Shown in pieces: positions 7,886 to 16,532 of a DNA stretch of 41,827 bases; position 1 is the stretch's first letter, and each line of letters begins with the position of its first letter. Below the pieces are notes generated by a model, which saw only the letters and a program-made list of their open reading frames with translations, was not told the DNA's origin and made no database searches. The translations under genes and the position numbers were made by a program. The stretch is from assembly GCA_032119475.1 (NCBI GenBank), contig JAUMCA010000126.1, positions 1-41,827 of the forward strand. Reading direction: 5' to 3'. The stretch comes from Thermoleophilia bacterium. GTDB lineage: Bacteria; Actinomycetota; Thermoleophilia; Gaiellales; F1-60-MAGs149.

Positions 7886-8874
7886 TCCTGGGCGCCCAGT
7901 TCCTGCCCGAGCGCTGCGACGAGTTCCTCGCCTCGGTGCGCGCGGCCGACGAGGCGGGCTACGCCCGCGCCTGGCTGGTCGACGGCCAGATGCTGTGGCA
8001 GGACATCTACGTCTACATGACGCTCGGCCTCGAGCAGACGTCGTCGATCGCCTTCGGCGCCGCGGTGACCAACCCGTTCACGCGCCACTTCACCGTCACC
8101 GCCAGCGCCACGGCGACGCTCGAGGACCGCTATCCGGGGCGGGTCCTGCTCGGTCTCGGCCGCGGTGACAACGCGGTGCGCACCATCGGCCTGAAGCCCG
8201 TGCCGACGAAGACGCTCTACGCCACGGTGCCGCGCATCGCGGCGCTGATGCGCGGGGAGGAGATCGACTTCGACGGCACGCCCATACGGATCCGCTGGGC
8301 CGAGCACGAGGTCCCGGTCATGCTGGCCGCGACGGGGCCGAAGAACCTCCGTGCCGCGGGCGCCCTCGCCGACATCGTGATGATCTACGTCGGCGTGCAC
8401 CCGGAGGCGGTGCGCTGGGGGATCGAGCAGGTGCGGGCCGGCGCCGCGGAGGCCGGCAAGGACCCGGATGCGGTCGAGATCTCGCTGCTCACCGCCATGT
8501 GGGTCGACGAGGACCAGGAGCGCGCCTGGCAGGAGTGCCGCTGGGCCCCGGCCGCGTGCGCGAACCACATCGCGGACGTCGTGTCGCGCAATCCGGCGCA
8601 CGGCATGCCGGACGTGATGACGCGGCTCGTGCAGGCACGCGATGAGTACGACTACTACGCCGGGCACCTCGACTCGCACGCCGACCACACGTCGTACCTG
8701 ACGGGCGATCTGGTCGACGACTTCGCGCTGGCCGGCACGCCCGACAAGATCGTCGCGCGTCTCGAGGAGCTCGCGGCGCTCGGCGTCCGCGAGGTGTCGT
8801 GCGCGTACCTCAACGGGCAGATCGACCAGATCGAGCGGGTGGGGCGGGAGATCATCCCGTGCCTGCCGGAGTAG
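7882..8874 (+). CDS. LLM-class (luciferase-like) flavin/F420-dependent oxidoreductase
   Basis: This is the MILGAQFLPE... part of ORF 7537..8874. The ATG overlaps the upstream TGA (ATGA at 7882-7885). It has LLM-type blocks (AWLVDGQ, LLGLGRGD, LAATGPK) and a C-terminal GTPDKIVARLEELAALGV. Confidence 0.8.
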   Translation: MILGAQFLPERCDEFLASVRAADEAGYARAWLVDGQMLWQDIYVYMTLGLEQTSSIAFGAAVTNPFTRHFTVTASATATLEDRYPGRVLLGLGRGDNAVRTIGLKPVPTKTLYATVPRIAALMRGEEIDFDGTPIRIRWAEHEVPVMLAATGPKNLRAAGALADIVMIYVGVHPEAVRWGIEQVRAGAAEAGKDPDAVEISLLTAMWVDEDQERAWQECRWAPAACANHIADVVSRNPAHGMPDVMTRLVQARDEYDYYAGHLDSHADHTSYLTGDLVDDFALAGTPDKIVARLEELAALGVREVSCAYLNGQIDQIERVGREIIPCLPE

Positions 8875-8878
8875 ATCC

Positions 8879-9451
8879 GTGGCGCAGGGAAACGGCACCG
8901 CCGCGCGGATCCTCGCGGTGGCCGCGCGCAAGTTCTACGAGCGCGGCTACCACGGGACGAACATGCGGGACATCGCCGCCGAGGTCGGCGTGCGCGCGCC
9001 GAGCATGTACAAGCACTTCGACGCGAAGCAGGACCTCCTGTTCGCGATCGCGCACGGCGTGATGGTCGACCTGCTCGCGCGCGGGCAGGAGGCCGTCGCC
9101 GGCGTCGAGGACCCCGCCGACCGCCTGCGCGGGCTGATCCACCAGCACGTCGCCTTCCACTGCGAGCGCCGCTTCGAGGCCAAGGTCGCCGACGACCAGC
9201 TCCACGCGCTCGACGACGCGCGGCAGGCCGAGGTGATCGCGGTGCGCGACGACTACGAGCGGTTGTTCCGCGACGCGGTGGAGGACGGGGCCGGGCGCGG
9301 CTGGGTCGTCCCCGACGCCGCCGTCATCACGTTCGCGATCACCACGATGGCGTCGTCCGTGACGGTCTGGTACCGCGAGGACGGGCGGCTCGCGCCGTCG
9401 GAGATCGCCGCGGCGTACGCCGACTTCGCGCTGCGCGGGGTACGGGCGTGA
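8879..9451 (+). CDS. TetR/AcrR family transcriptional regulator
   Basis: A 190-aa ORF with a GTG start 4 nt after the LLM stop. The HTH is ILAVAARKFYERGYHGTNMRDIAAEVGVRAPSMYKHF. Confidence 0.9.
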   Translation: MAQGNGTAARILAVAARKFYERGYHGTNMRDIAAEVGVRAPSMYKHFDAKQDLLFAIAHGVMVDLLARGQEAVAGVEDPADRLRGLIHQHVAFHCERRFEAKVADDQLHALDDARQAEVIAVRDDYERLFRDAVEDGAGRGWVVPDAAVITFAITTMASSVTVWYREDGRLAPSEIAAAYADFALRGVRA

Positions 9452-9458
9452 GGCGGCG

Positions 9459-10217
9459 TCAGTCGCGCAGGTGGTCGGCCAGCGAACGCGCTGCGATCGC
9501 GGCGTGATCGGCATCGGCTGCCGCGCTGCGCCGCTGCTGCAGCGTGTACTCGAGCAGGGCCGCCCGCGCGCGGTGGGAGTGGTCGAGCAGCAGTCGACCC
9601 AGTCGCTCGCCGTCGCGCGCCTCCAGCGCCGCGATCATCTCGTGGTGCTCGGCCTGGGCCTCGGCCTGCTCGCTGAGGACGCTGACCGCGACGCGCGAAT
9701 ACGGGTCCATCATCGTCAGGACCCGACCTGCGACCTCGGCGAAGTGGGGCATCCCGGACAGGCGGTGCAGCTCCTGGTGGAAGGCGTAGTTCCGGTCGGA
9801 CCAGGTCTCGGGATCGGTGTCGTCCATCTGCTCGACGAGGCCCCGGAGCATCTCGATGTCCGAGTCCGTCGCCACCTTGACCATCCCCGGCGCCATCTGC
9901 GACTCCAGCAGGGCGCGGAGCGTCCACAGCTCCTCGACCTCCTCGGGCTCGAGCGCCGTCACGCGCGCGCCGCCGTCCTCGCCGAACGTCACGAGCCCCT
10001 CGGCGGCCAGCGCGTGCAGCGCTTCGCGGACGGGGATGCGGCTGACCCCCATCGCCTCCGCGATCGAGGCCTGGATCAGCGGCTGCCCGGGCGTGAGCAT
10101 GCCCTGCCGGATGGCCTCGCGCAGGACGTCCGCAATCGGCGGACGCGTGCCGGGCCGGGCGCTGTCGGGTCGCGTCGCCATGCGCCGCAATCGTAGTCGG
10201 TTCGTCGTTGCCATCAT
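9459..10217 (-). CDS. GntR family regulator, FadR/FCD subfamily
   Basis: A 252-aa ORF with an alternative start at ATG 10181. It has a wHTH (IAEAMGVSRIPVREALHALAAEGLV) followed by an all-helical FCD-like domain (FHQELHRLSG, EHHEMIAALEARD). Confidence 0.9.
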   Translation of the reverse strand: MMATTNRLRLRRMATRPDSARPGTRPPIADVLREAIRQGMLTPGQPLIQASIAEAMGVSRIPVREALHALAAEGLVTFGEDGGARVTALEPEEVEELWTLRALLESQMAPGMVKVATDSDIEMLRGLVEQMDDTDPETWSDRNYAFHQELHRLSGMPHFAEVAGRVLTMMDPYSRVAVSVLSEQAEAQAEHHEMIAALEARDGERLGRLLLDHSHRARAALLEYTLQQRRSAAADADHAAIAARSLADHLRD

Positions 10218-10243
10218 CAGCCGCCCGGTCAGGCCGTCGGTAT

Positions 10244-10271
10244 TTGCATTCTAGTGTATACACTGTATGCT
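10244..10271 (+). promoter_or_regulatory. sigma70-like promoter (TTGCAT-N16-TATGCT) with embedded 12-bp perfect palindrome AGTGTATACACT (10253-10264)
   Basis: This is an AT-rich island in the divergent region between the GntR gene and the hydantoinase gene. The hexamers and palindrome are read directly from the sequence. The palindrome has the GT..TA..AC core typical of GntR-family operators. Confidence 0.45.
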
Positions 10272-10336
10272 CTCGCCCACGCACTGCACCGAAGCGGCAG
10301 GAAACCCGCTCAGGGACAGAGGAAGGGAGTTCGCTC

Positions 10337-13300
10337 GTGAAGCGCATCGGAGTAGACGTCGGAGGTACGTTCACCGACCTGATCCTGGTCGACGAAGAGG
10401 CCGGGAAGATCACCGTCGACAAGGTCCCGTCGACCCCGGACGACCCGTCGCGCGGCGTCGTCGAGGGCGTCAACCGCCTCTGCGAGAAGGCCGGCGTCGC
10501 CCTCTCCGAGGTCGACAACCTCCTGCACGGCACCACCGTCGCCACCAACATCGCACTCACCCATCAGGGCGCCGAGGTCGGCATGATCACGACGGAGGGC
10601 TTCCGCGACATCCTCCACATCGCGCGGCACAAGAAGCCGCTCAACTTCTCCCTCCAGCAGGACCTCCCGTGGCAGACGCGTCCGCTCGTCAAGCGCCGCC
10701 ACCGCCGCGTCGTCGCCGAGCGCGTCACCGCGCCGCACGGCGAGGTCATCACGCCGCTCGACGAGGAGGCCGTCCGCCGCGAGGTGCGCCTGCTCAAGGA
10801 GGCCGGGGTCGAGGCCGTCGCCGTCTGCCTGCTGCACTCCTACCTGAACCCCGCGCACGAGCAGCGCATCGCCGAGATCCTCACCGAGGAGTTCCCCGAG
10901 GCGTACCAGTCGATCTCGAGTGACGTGATCCCCCTGTACCGCGAGTACGAGCGGTTCTCGACCGTCGCGCTGAACGCGTTCGTCGGCCCGAAGGTCTCGA
11001 CCTACCTCGACCGCTTCTCCAGCTCGATGAAGGACGCCGGCTTTCAGCATCGCGTCCAGCTCATGCAGTCCTCCGGCGGCATGGCGACCGTCGAGTCCGC
11101 CTCGCGCCGCCCGGTCAACCTCCTCATGTCGGGCCCGGTCGCGGGCCTGATCGGCGGCATCTGGGCCGGCAGGATGGCCGGCTACGACTCCGTCATCACG
11201 CTCGACATCGGCGGCACGTCGGCCGACGTCGGCGTGGCGGCGGGCGGCCAGACGCGCATGCGCCACCTGCTCGACACGAAGGTCGGCGACTACCAGGCGA
11301 TGGTGCCGATGGTCGACATCGACACCATCGGCGCCGGCGGCGGCTCGATCGCGTACGTGGACGAGGGCGGCGTGTTCCGCGTCGGCCCGCAGTCCGCGGG
11401 TGCCGATCCCGGCCCGGCCTGCTACGGCCGCGGCGGCACGCAGCCGACGTCGACGGACGCCCAGGTCATGCTGGGCCGCCTGCGCCCGGAGCGCGGCCTC
11501 GTCGGCGGCGGCCTCGCGCTGCAGCGCGATCTGGCCCGTGAGGTGATCGAGGGGCTCGCGGAGCGGGTCGGGATGACGCCGGAGAACGCGGCGCTCGGCG
11601 CGCTGCAGATCCAGAAGTTCGGGATGACGCAGAACATCGAGGTCAATTCGGTGCGCCGCGGCTACGACCCGCGCGACTTCACGCTCGTCGCCGCCGGTGG
11701 CGCCGGCCCGCTGTTCTCCTGCGAGGTCGCGCTCGAGCTCGAGATCCCGCGCGTGCTCGTCCCGCCGCACCCCGGCATCGTGGCGGCCACGGGCCTCCTC
11801 GCGACGGACCTCCAGCACGAGTTCGTCGGCACCTACCGCCAGGCGGTCGCGGAGCTCGACGCCCCCGCGCTCGACGCGAAGTACGGCGAGCTCGTCGCGC
11901 AGGCCACCAGCCAGCTCGACGAGGACGGCGTCCCCGACGATCGGCGCCTGGTCCGCCGCCTCGCGGACTGCCGCTACGCGGGCCAGGGCTACGAGGTCCG
12001 CTTCGATGTGCCGGCGGGCGACCCGTCGCGCGCCGGCTGGGCCGACGAGCTGGTCGAGGCGTTCCACGTCGCCCACGAGGGCGAGTACGGGCACCGCTTC
12101 GAGAACGCGCCCGTGGAGATCATCAACATCCGCGTCCTCGGCATCGGCCGCATCGACGAGCTCCAGTGGCCCGAGGCACGGCAGGGCGACGGCGACGTCT
12201 CCCGCGCGCTGATCGAGACCCGCGACGTCGTCTTCGACGTCGACGGCGAGACGACGACGTGCGCCACGCCGTTCTACGAGCGCGAGCACCTCGGCGCCGG
12301 GGACCGCATCGAGGGCCCCGCGATCGTCGAGCAGTACGACGCCACGACGATCGTCCCGCCGGGCTTCGTGATCGACGTCGACCGCTACGGCAACCTCGTG
12401 ATCGACGTCACGCCGCGCATCGAGGCCCGCAAGGCGCGGGGCGGCGGCGCCGGCCTCGCGGAGCCGATCCTGATGCGCGTGGTCGGCGGGGCGTTCAACG
12501 CCATCGCCAAGGAGATGGCGGGCGTCCTGTACCGCATGTCCTACTCGTCGATCATCCGCGAGTCCGAGGACCTCGGGGCCGGTCTCTTCGACCGCGAGGG
12601 GAACAACATCGCCGAGTCGGACTCGACCCCGATGTTCATGGGCGCGATGCCGAAGATCGTCAAGGGCGTCATCTCCCTGCTCGGGGACGACATCCACGAG
12701 GGCGACATCATCCTGCACAACGATCCGTACCTCGGGGCGACGCACTCGCCCGACGTCGCGATCGTGATGCCGGTCTTCCACCGGGGCGAGCTGATGGGCT
12801 TCACCGGCGCGTCGGCCCACCTCCTCGACATCGGCGGCGCGTACCCGGGCCTCGCCATCGACCTGGTCGACAACTGGTCCGAGGGCAACATCTACCGCGC
12901 GGTCAAGCTGGCCGACAAGGGCGTGTGGCAGGAGTCGCTGTTCAAGCACATCCTCGAGAACACCCGCACGCCCACGCCGAACCGCGGCGACATGGAGGCC
13001 ATGATCGCGGCGTGCGAGCGGGCCAAGCACCGCTTCGAGGATCTGATCGAGCGGTACTCGCCGCAGGTCGTGACCGAGGCCGCCAACTACTGGATGGACT
13101 ACGCCGAGTCGATGCTCCGCAAGGAGATCGCGAAGATCCCCGACGGCGTCTACGGACCGGAGATCGGCTACCTCGACGACGACGGCCGCAACCGCGGCCA
13201 GAAGCTGCCCGTGCAGGTCGCCGTCGAGATCAAGGGCGACAAGATGATCATCGACCTCACGGGGTCGAGCGACGAGGTCCCGACGGGCTACAACTGCCCG

Positions 13301-14212
13301 TACGAGGGGACGGTGATGTCCGCGATGTCGTTCATCGCGCGCATGATCTTCCTGGACGAGGCGGCCTTCCCGGTCTTCGTGCCCCAGAACGAGGGCATGC
13401 TCCGGCCGGTCGAGGTCATCGCCCCCAAGGGCTCGATCTTCAACCCGAACTACCCGCGCGCCTGCTTCGCCCGCTTCTGCCAGGTGCAGCGCGCGGTCGA
13501 TCTCGTCCTGCGGGCGCTCGCGCCCGTGGTCCCGAACCAGATCACGGCCGGCAACTCGGCGGACCTGCACTTCATCTCGTACTCCGGCTACGTCGTCGAC
13601 GAGGGCGAGTACTGGGTGTACCTCGAGGTCGACGAGGGCTCGTACGGCGGTCGCCCCGACCGCGACGCGATGGACTCCGTCGACAACCTGATCGCCAACA
13701 CGCGCAACAACCCGATCGAGGAGCTCGAGTGGCGCTTCCCGATGCGGACGGAGCGCTACGAGCTCCGGCCCGAGCCGGCCGCGGCCGGCAAGTGGCGCGG
13801 CGGCATCGGCGCCGTCCGCGTCAACCGCTTCCTCACGGACACGATGGTGACCTGCGAGGGCGAGCGGCACGAGTCCGACCCGCCGTGGGGCATCTTCGGC
13901 GGTCACGAGGGGCTCAACAGCTCCATGGTCCGGAATCCCGGCACGCCCACGGAGGAGTCGTGGCACGCCAAGGTGACCGGCGCCCGCCTCGACGCGGGCG
14001 ACTGCCTGCAGATCACCGTCCCGTCGGGCGGCGGCTACGGCGATCCGCTGGAGCGCGATCCGAAGCTCGTCCTGTCCGACGTGCTCGACGAGTTCACCAC
14101 CCGCGAGCGCGCGGAGCGCGACTACGGCGTGGTGCTCACCGGTGAGGGTCTCGGCCTCGCCGTGGATCACGAGGCCACCGAGAAGCTGCGCGCCGAGCGG
14201 CGCACGGCCTGA
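10337..14212 (+). CDS. single-chain hydantoinase A/B (N-methylhydantoinase / 5-oxoprolinase family, ATP-dependent)
   Basis: Lies inside ORF 10208..14212. The start is placed at GTG 10337 (VKRIGVDVGGTFTD...) after GGAAGGGAG. The N-terminal half is HyuA-like and the C-terminal half (from ~PILMRVVGGAFNAIAKEMAGVLYRMSYSSIIRESEDLG) is HyuB-like. Length is about 1291 aa. Confidence 0.9.
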   Translation: MKRIGVDVGGTFTDLILVDEEAGKITVDKVPSTPDDPSRGVVEGVNRLCEKAGVALSEVDNLLHGTTVATNIALTHQGAEVGMITTEGFRDILHIARHKKPLNFSLQQDLPWQTRPLVKRRHRRVVAERVTAPHGEVITPLDEEAVRREVRLLKEAGVEAVAVCLLHSYLNPAHEQRIAEILTEEFPEAYQSISSDVIPLYREYERFSTVALNAFVGPKVSTYLDRFSSSMKDAGFQHRVQLMQSSGGMATVESASRRPVNLLMSGPVAGLIGGIWAGRMAGYDSVITLDIGGTSADVGVAAGGQTRMRHLLDTKVGDYQAMVPMVDIDTIGAGGGSIAYVDEGGVFRVGPQSAGADPGPACYGRGGTQPTSTDAQVMLGRLRPERGLVGGGLALQRDLAREVIEGLAERVGMTPENAALGALQIQKFGMTQNIEVNSVRRGYDPRDFTLVAAGGAGPLFSCEVALELEIPRVLVPPHPGIVAATGLLATDLQHEFVGTYRQAVAELDAPALDAKYGELVAQATSQLDEDGVPDDRRLVRRLADCRYAGQGYEVRFDVPAGDPSRAGWADELVEAFHVAHEGEYGHRFENAPVEIINIRVLGIGRIDELQWPEARQGDGDVSRALIETRDVVFDVDGETTTCATPFYEREHLGAGDRIEGPAIVEQYDATTIVPPGFVIDVDRYGNLVIDVTPRIEARKARGGGAGLAEPILMRVVGGAFNAIAKEMAGVLYRMSYSSIIRESEDLGAGLFDREGNNIAESDSTPMFMGAMPKIVKGVISLLGDDIHEGDIILHNDPYLGATHSPDVAIVMPVFHRGELMGFTGASAHLLDIGGAYPGLAIDLVDNWSEGNIYRAVKLADKGVWQESLFKHILENTRTPTPNRGDMEAMIAACERAKHRFEDLIERYSPQVVTEAANYWMDYAESMLRKEIAKIPDGVYGPEIGYLDDDGRNRGQKLPVQVAVEIKGDKMIIDLTGSSDEVPTGYNCPYEGTVMSAMSFIARMIFLDEAAFPVFVPQNEGMLRPVEVIAPKGSIFNPNYPRACFARFCQVQRAVDLVLRALAPVVPNQITAGNSADLHFISYSGYVVDEGEYWVYLEVDEGSYGGRPDRDAMDSVDNLIANTRNNPIEELEWRFPMRTERYELRPEPAAAGKWRGGIGAVRVNRFLTDTMVTCEGERHESDPPWGIFGGHEGLNSSMVRNPGTPTEESWHAKVTGARLDAGDCLQITVPSGGGYGDPLERDPKLVLSDVLDEFTTRERAERDYGVVLTGEGLGLAVDHEATEKLRAERRTA

Positions 14213-14256
14213 CCACCCACCGCCCCCACGACCGACCCCAGGAGGAAAGACCCACC

Positions 14257-14952
14257 ATGAGCGAACTGCAGGAGATGCTCGACAAGATCTTCGCGGAGGA
14301 CTCCGAGCTGTATCAGCAGCGCGGGTTCCAGCGGCGCATCGGCTTCGGCAAGCGCCCCGCGATCATCGACATCGACCTCGCCAACGCCTGGACCCGCCCG
14401 GGCCACGCGTTCTCGTGCGACAACATGGACGTGATCATCCCGTCGATGGAGCGCCTGCTCGACGCCGGCCGCGCCAAGAACGTCCCGATCGTCCACACCA
14501 CGACCGCATACGCCAAGAACACGCGCGGCGAGTGGAGCGACATGGGCCTCTGGCACAACAAGATCCCGGTCGACGTCCTCGAGGAGGGCTCGCACGAGGC
14601 GGCGATCGACGAGCGCCTGCTCAAGGACGGCGATCTCGTGATCACGAAGAAGCGCGCGTCCGGCTTCCACGGCACGTGGCTCCAGGGCTTCCTCAGCTCG
14701 CACCGCGTCGACACGGTCATCGTGACCGGCGTGACGATGGCCGGCTGCGTCCGCCACACCGTCGAGGACGCGATCGCCTACGGCTTCCGCCCGATCGTTC
14801 CGCGCGAGTGCGTGGGCGACCGCGTCGCCGGCGTCGTCGAGTGGAACCTGTTCGACATCGACGCCAAGTTCGGCGACGTGATGGGTGTCGACGAGGTCAT
14901 CGCGTACCTGAACGGCATCGAGCGGTTCGACGGCAACACGCTGCCGTCCTGA
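14257..14952 (+). CDS. N-carbamoylsarcosine amidase-like isochorismatase-family hydrolase
   Basis: A 231-aa ORF with ATG after AGGAGGA. Long blocks match my memory of the Arthrobacter N-carbamoylsarcosine amidase: YQQRGFQRRIGFGKRPAIIDIDLANAWTRPGHAFSC, DMGLWHNKIP, TGVTMAGCVRHTVEDAIAYGFRPIVPRE, and WNLFDIDAKFGDV. Confidence 0.8.
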   Translation: MSELQEMLDKIFAEDSELYQQRGFQRRIGFGKRPAIIDIDLANAWTRPGHAFSCDNMDVIIPSMERLLDAGRAKNVPIVHTTTAYAKNTRGEWSDMGLWHNKIPVDVLEEGSHEAAIDERLLKDGDLVITKKRASGFHGTWLQGFLSSHRVDTVIVTGVTMAGCVRHTVEDAIAYGFRPIVPRECVGDRVAGVVEWNLFDIDAKFGDVMGVDEVIAYLNGIERFDGNTLPS

Positions 14953-14959
14953 TCGCCTC

Positions 14960-15004
14960 GGCGACCGGTTCTGGGGCTCCGTCCCAAGCCCCGGACCGGT
15001 CGCC
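14960..15004 (+). terminator. long GC-rich hairpin after the hydantoinase/amidase operon
   Basis: Arms GGCGACCGGTTCTGGGGC ... GCCCCGGACCGGTCGCC form about 17 bp with one bulge. The hairpin starts 8 nt after the TGA at 14950-14952. There is no T-tract. Confidence 0.5.
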
Positions 15005-15097
15005 GCTTCCCGCATCGACGTCCGGTCCCGCGGTGCCGTCCCACGCCGCGGGGCCGGGCGTCGTTTCCGCCCTCGGGCAGGATCGCCGCCGAATGTC

Positions 15098-15685
15098 GTG
15101 TACAACGGGAGGGTGCCCCGCCTGCTGATCGCGCTGGTCCTGCTCGCGCCCCTGACCGCCGCCTGCGGCGCCTCCGGTGACCCGGAGGTCCGCCCCGCGG
15201 AGGCGGCGACGGCCGCTGCGATGGCGGGCGAGACGCCGCCGGCCGACGAGCCCTCGGCGGCGATGGTCGCGGTGTCGGCCGCCGAGGCCTCCGCGAACGC
15301 CGCCGCCTGGAGCGCCGTCGACGCCAGCGCGGCCGAGTTCGCGGGCCGGCTGGACGCGGCGACGCAGGCGATCGCGGCGTGTGAGACGGACGCCGCCGCC
15401 GGTGGCGACTTCACGGCCTGCCTGGGCGGGACGTTCGCGACCGTGGCGGACGCGCAGGAGCGCCTCGTGGCGGCGATCGACGACGCGCTGGCCCAGGCCG
15501 GGGGCACCTGCCGCGGTGCCCTCGAGGAGATGCGCGCGAACGCCGCCGCGATGGCGGAGGACTACCGCGGTGCGATCGGCGTGACGGACATGACCGGCCT
15601 CGAGACCACGTTCGAGCGGCTCGCCGCCGACGCCACCGCCTACGCCTCGGCGGCGATGGGCGCCGGCGCCGTCTGCGCCGCCTAG
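15098..15685 (+). CDS. Ala-rich probable lipoprotein, unknown function
   Basis: A 195-aa ORF with a GTG start. The signal peptide has a lipobox-like LTAAC (RLLIALVLLAPLTAACG). The mature part is Ala/Glu-rich and helical with 4 further Cys. Alternative GTG start at 15113. Confidence 0.6.
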   Translation: MYNGRVPRLLIALVLLAPLTAACGASGDPEVRPAEAATAAAMAGETPPADEPSAAMVAVSAAEASANAAAWSAVDASAAEFAGRLDAATQAIAACETDAAAGGDFTACLGGTFATVADAQERLVAAIDDALAQAGGTCRGALEEMRANAAAMAEDYRGAIGVTDMTGLETTFERLAADATAYASAAMGAGAVCAA

Positions 15686-16455
15686 GCCGAGTCCGAACCC
15701 CCGACCTCCGCCTTCAGCGCGTTCCAGCGCGCGGTGGCGTCCCGCAGGACGTCGCGCAGCGGCCCGTTCGCCTCGTCGATCCGCTCCATCTCCAACTCCG
15801 TCGCGACGGCCGCCGCCTCGAGGCGCAGGGCGACGCCGATCAGGGCGTCGGCGCGGGCGCGCTCGGCCTCGATGGCCGCCTCGGCGTTCCCGATCCGCAT
15901 GAGGCACCGCATCAGGCCGTAGTCGTCGAAGTGGTCGATGAGCCGGACGCCGGCTTCCGTGTACCGCGGCTTGCGGCCTGCCCTGGTCTGCGCGTTGTAC
16001 CGGCGCAGGTAGTCGACGTGCGCCGGGAGTTGGATTTCGAGCGAGCCCTGCTCCTCGAGCAGCGTCGCTGCGTGCCGGTCGGCGCGCTCCGTCGCCTCCG
16101 CGGCGTCGGCGCGCGTCCGTTCAGCGGCCTCCCTGAGTGCGCGGGCCCGCGTCTTCAACGCGAACTGCGGGGCGGACGCGCGGTAGGCGTCCCCTTCGGC
16201 GATGCTCAGAGCCGCTTCCGCCTCCTCCAGTCGGCGCGCGCGGGAATCGGCGGATGGCGTGTCGGGCATGGTGTCCTCGTCTCGTTCGGGGGGTGGGGGG
16301 GTGCGCTCCGGTTCGACGACCCGCGGAGCACGGCGGGTCAGGTGCGCGATCGCCCGTTCCCAGAGGTCCTCGACGAACGCGGGGATGGCCATCAGCGCGA
16401 ACAGGCCGACCACGAGCACGACGAGCGAGGCGATGGTGATGATGGCGTCGCGCAT
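15682..16455 (-). CDS. membrane-anchored coiled-coil protein, unknown function
   Basis: This is the 257-aa part of ORF 15682..16800(-), starting at ATG 16453-16455 (MRDAIITIASLVVLVVGLFALMAIPAF...). It has one N-terminal TM helix, a Pro-rich linker (PERTPPPPERDED) and long Ala/Arg/Glu helices. Confidence 0.6.
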   Translation of the reverse strand: MRDAIITIASLVVLVVGLFALMAIPAFVEDLWERAIAHLTRRAPRVVEPERTPPPPERDEDTMPDTPSADSRARRLEEAEAALSIAEGDAYRASAPQFALKTRARALREAAERTRADAAEATERADRHAATLLEEQGSLEIQLPAHVDYLRRYNAQTRAGRKPRYTEAGVRLIDHFDDYGLMRCLMRIGNAEAAIEAERARADALIGVALRLEAAAVATELEMERIDEANGPLRDVLRDATARWNALKAEVGGSDSA

Positions 16456-16532
16456 GCTGTCTGCCCCTGCGTCGCTCGCAGGGCAGCGCGCCTTACCGCA
16501 ATGCCCGGGCCCGCCCTCCCGCGGGCGATCGC

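Noticed and set aside
10337-14212. The fusion of hydantoinase A and B in one polypeptide as a novelty.
   Set aside because: Single-chain enzymes of this family are known (eukaryotic 5-oxoprolinase and, as I recall, the Arthrobacter N-methylhydantoinase). The fusion supports the functional call but is not unusual.
15682-15685. Overlapping convergent stop codons on CTAG as a regulatory feature.
   Set aside because: This is most simply a coincidence of compact gene packing. It is noted inside the finding on the two envelope proteins but not treated as a signal in itself.
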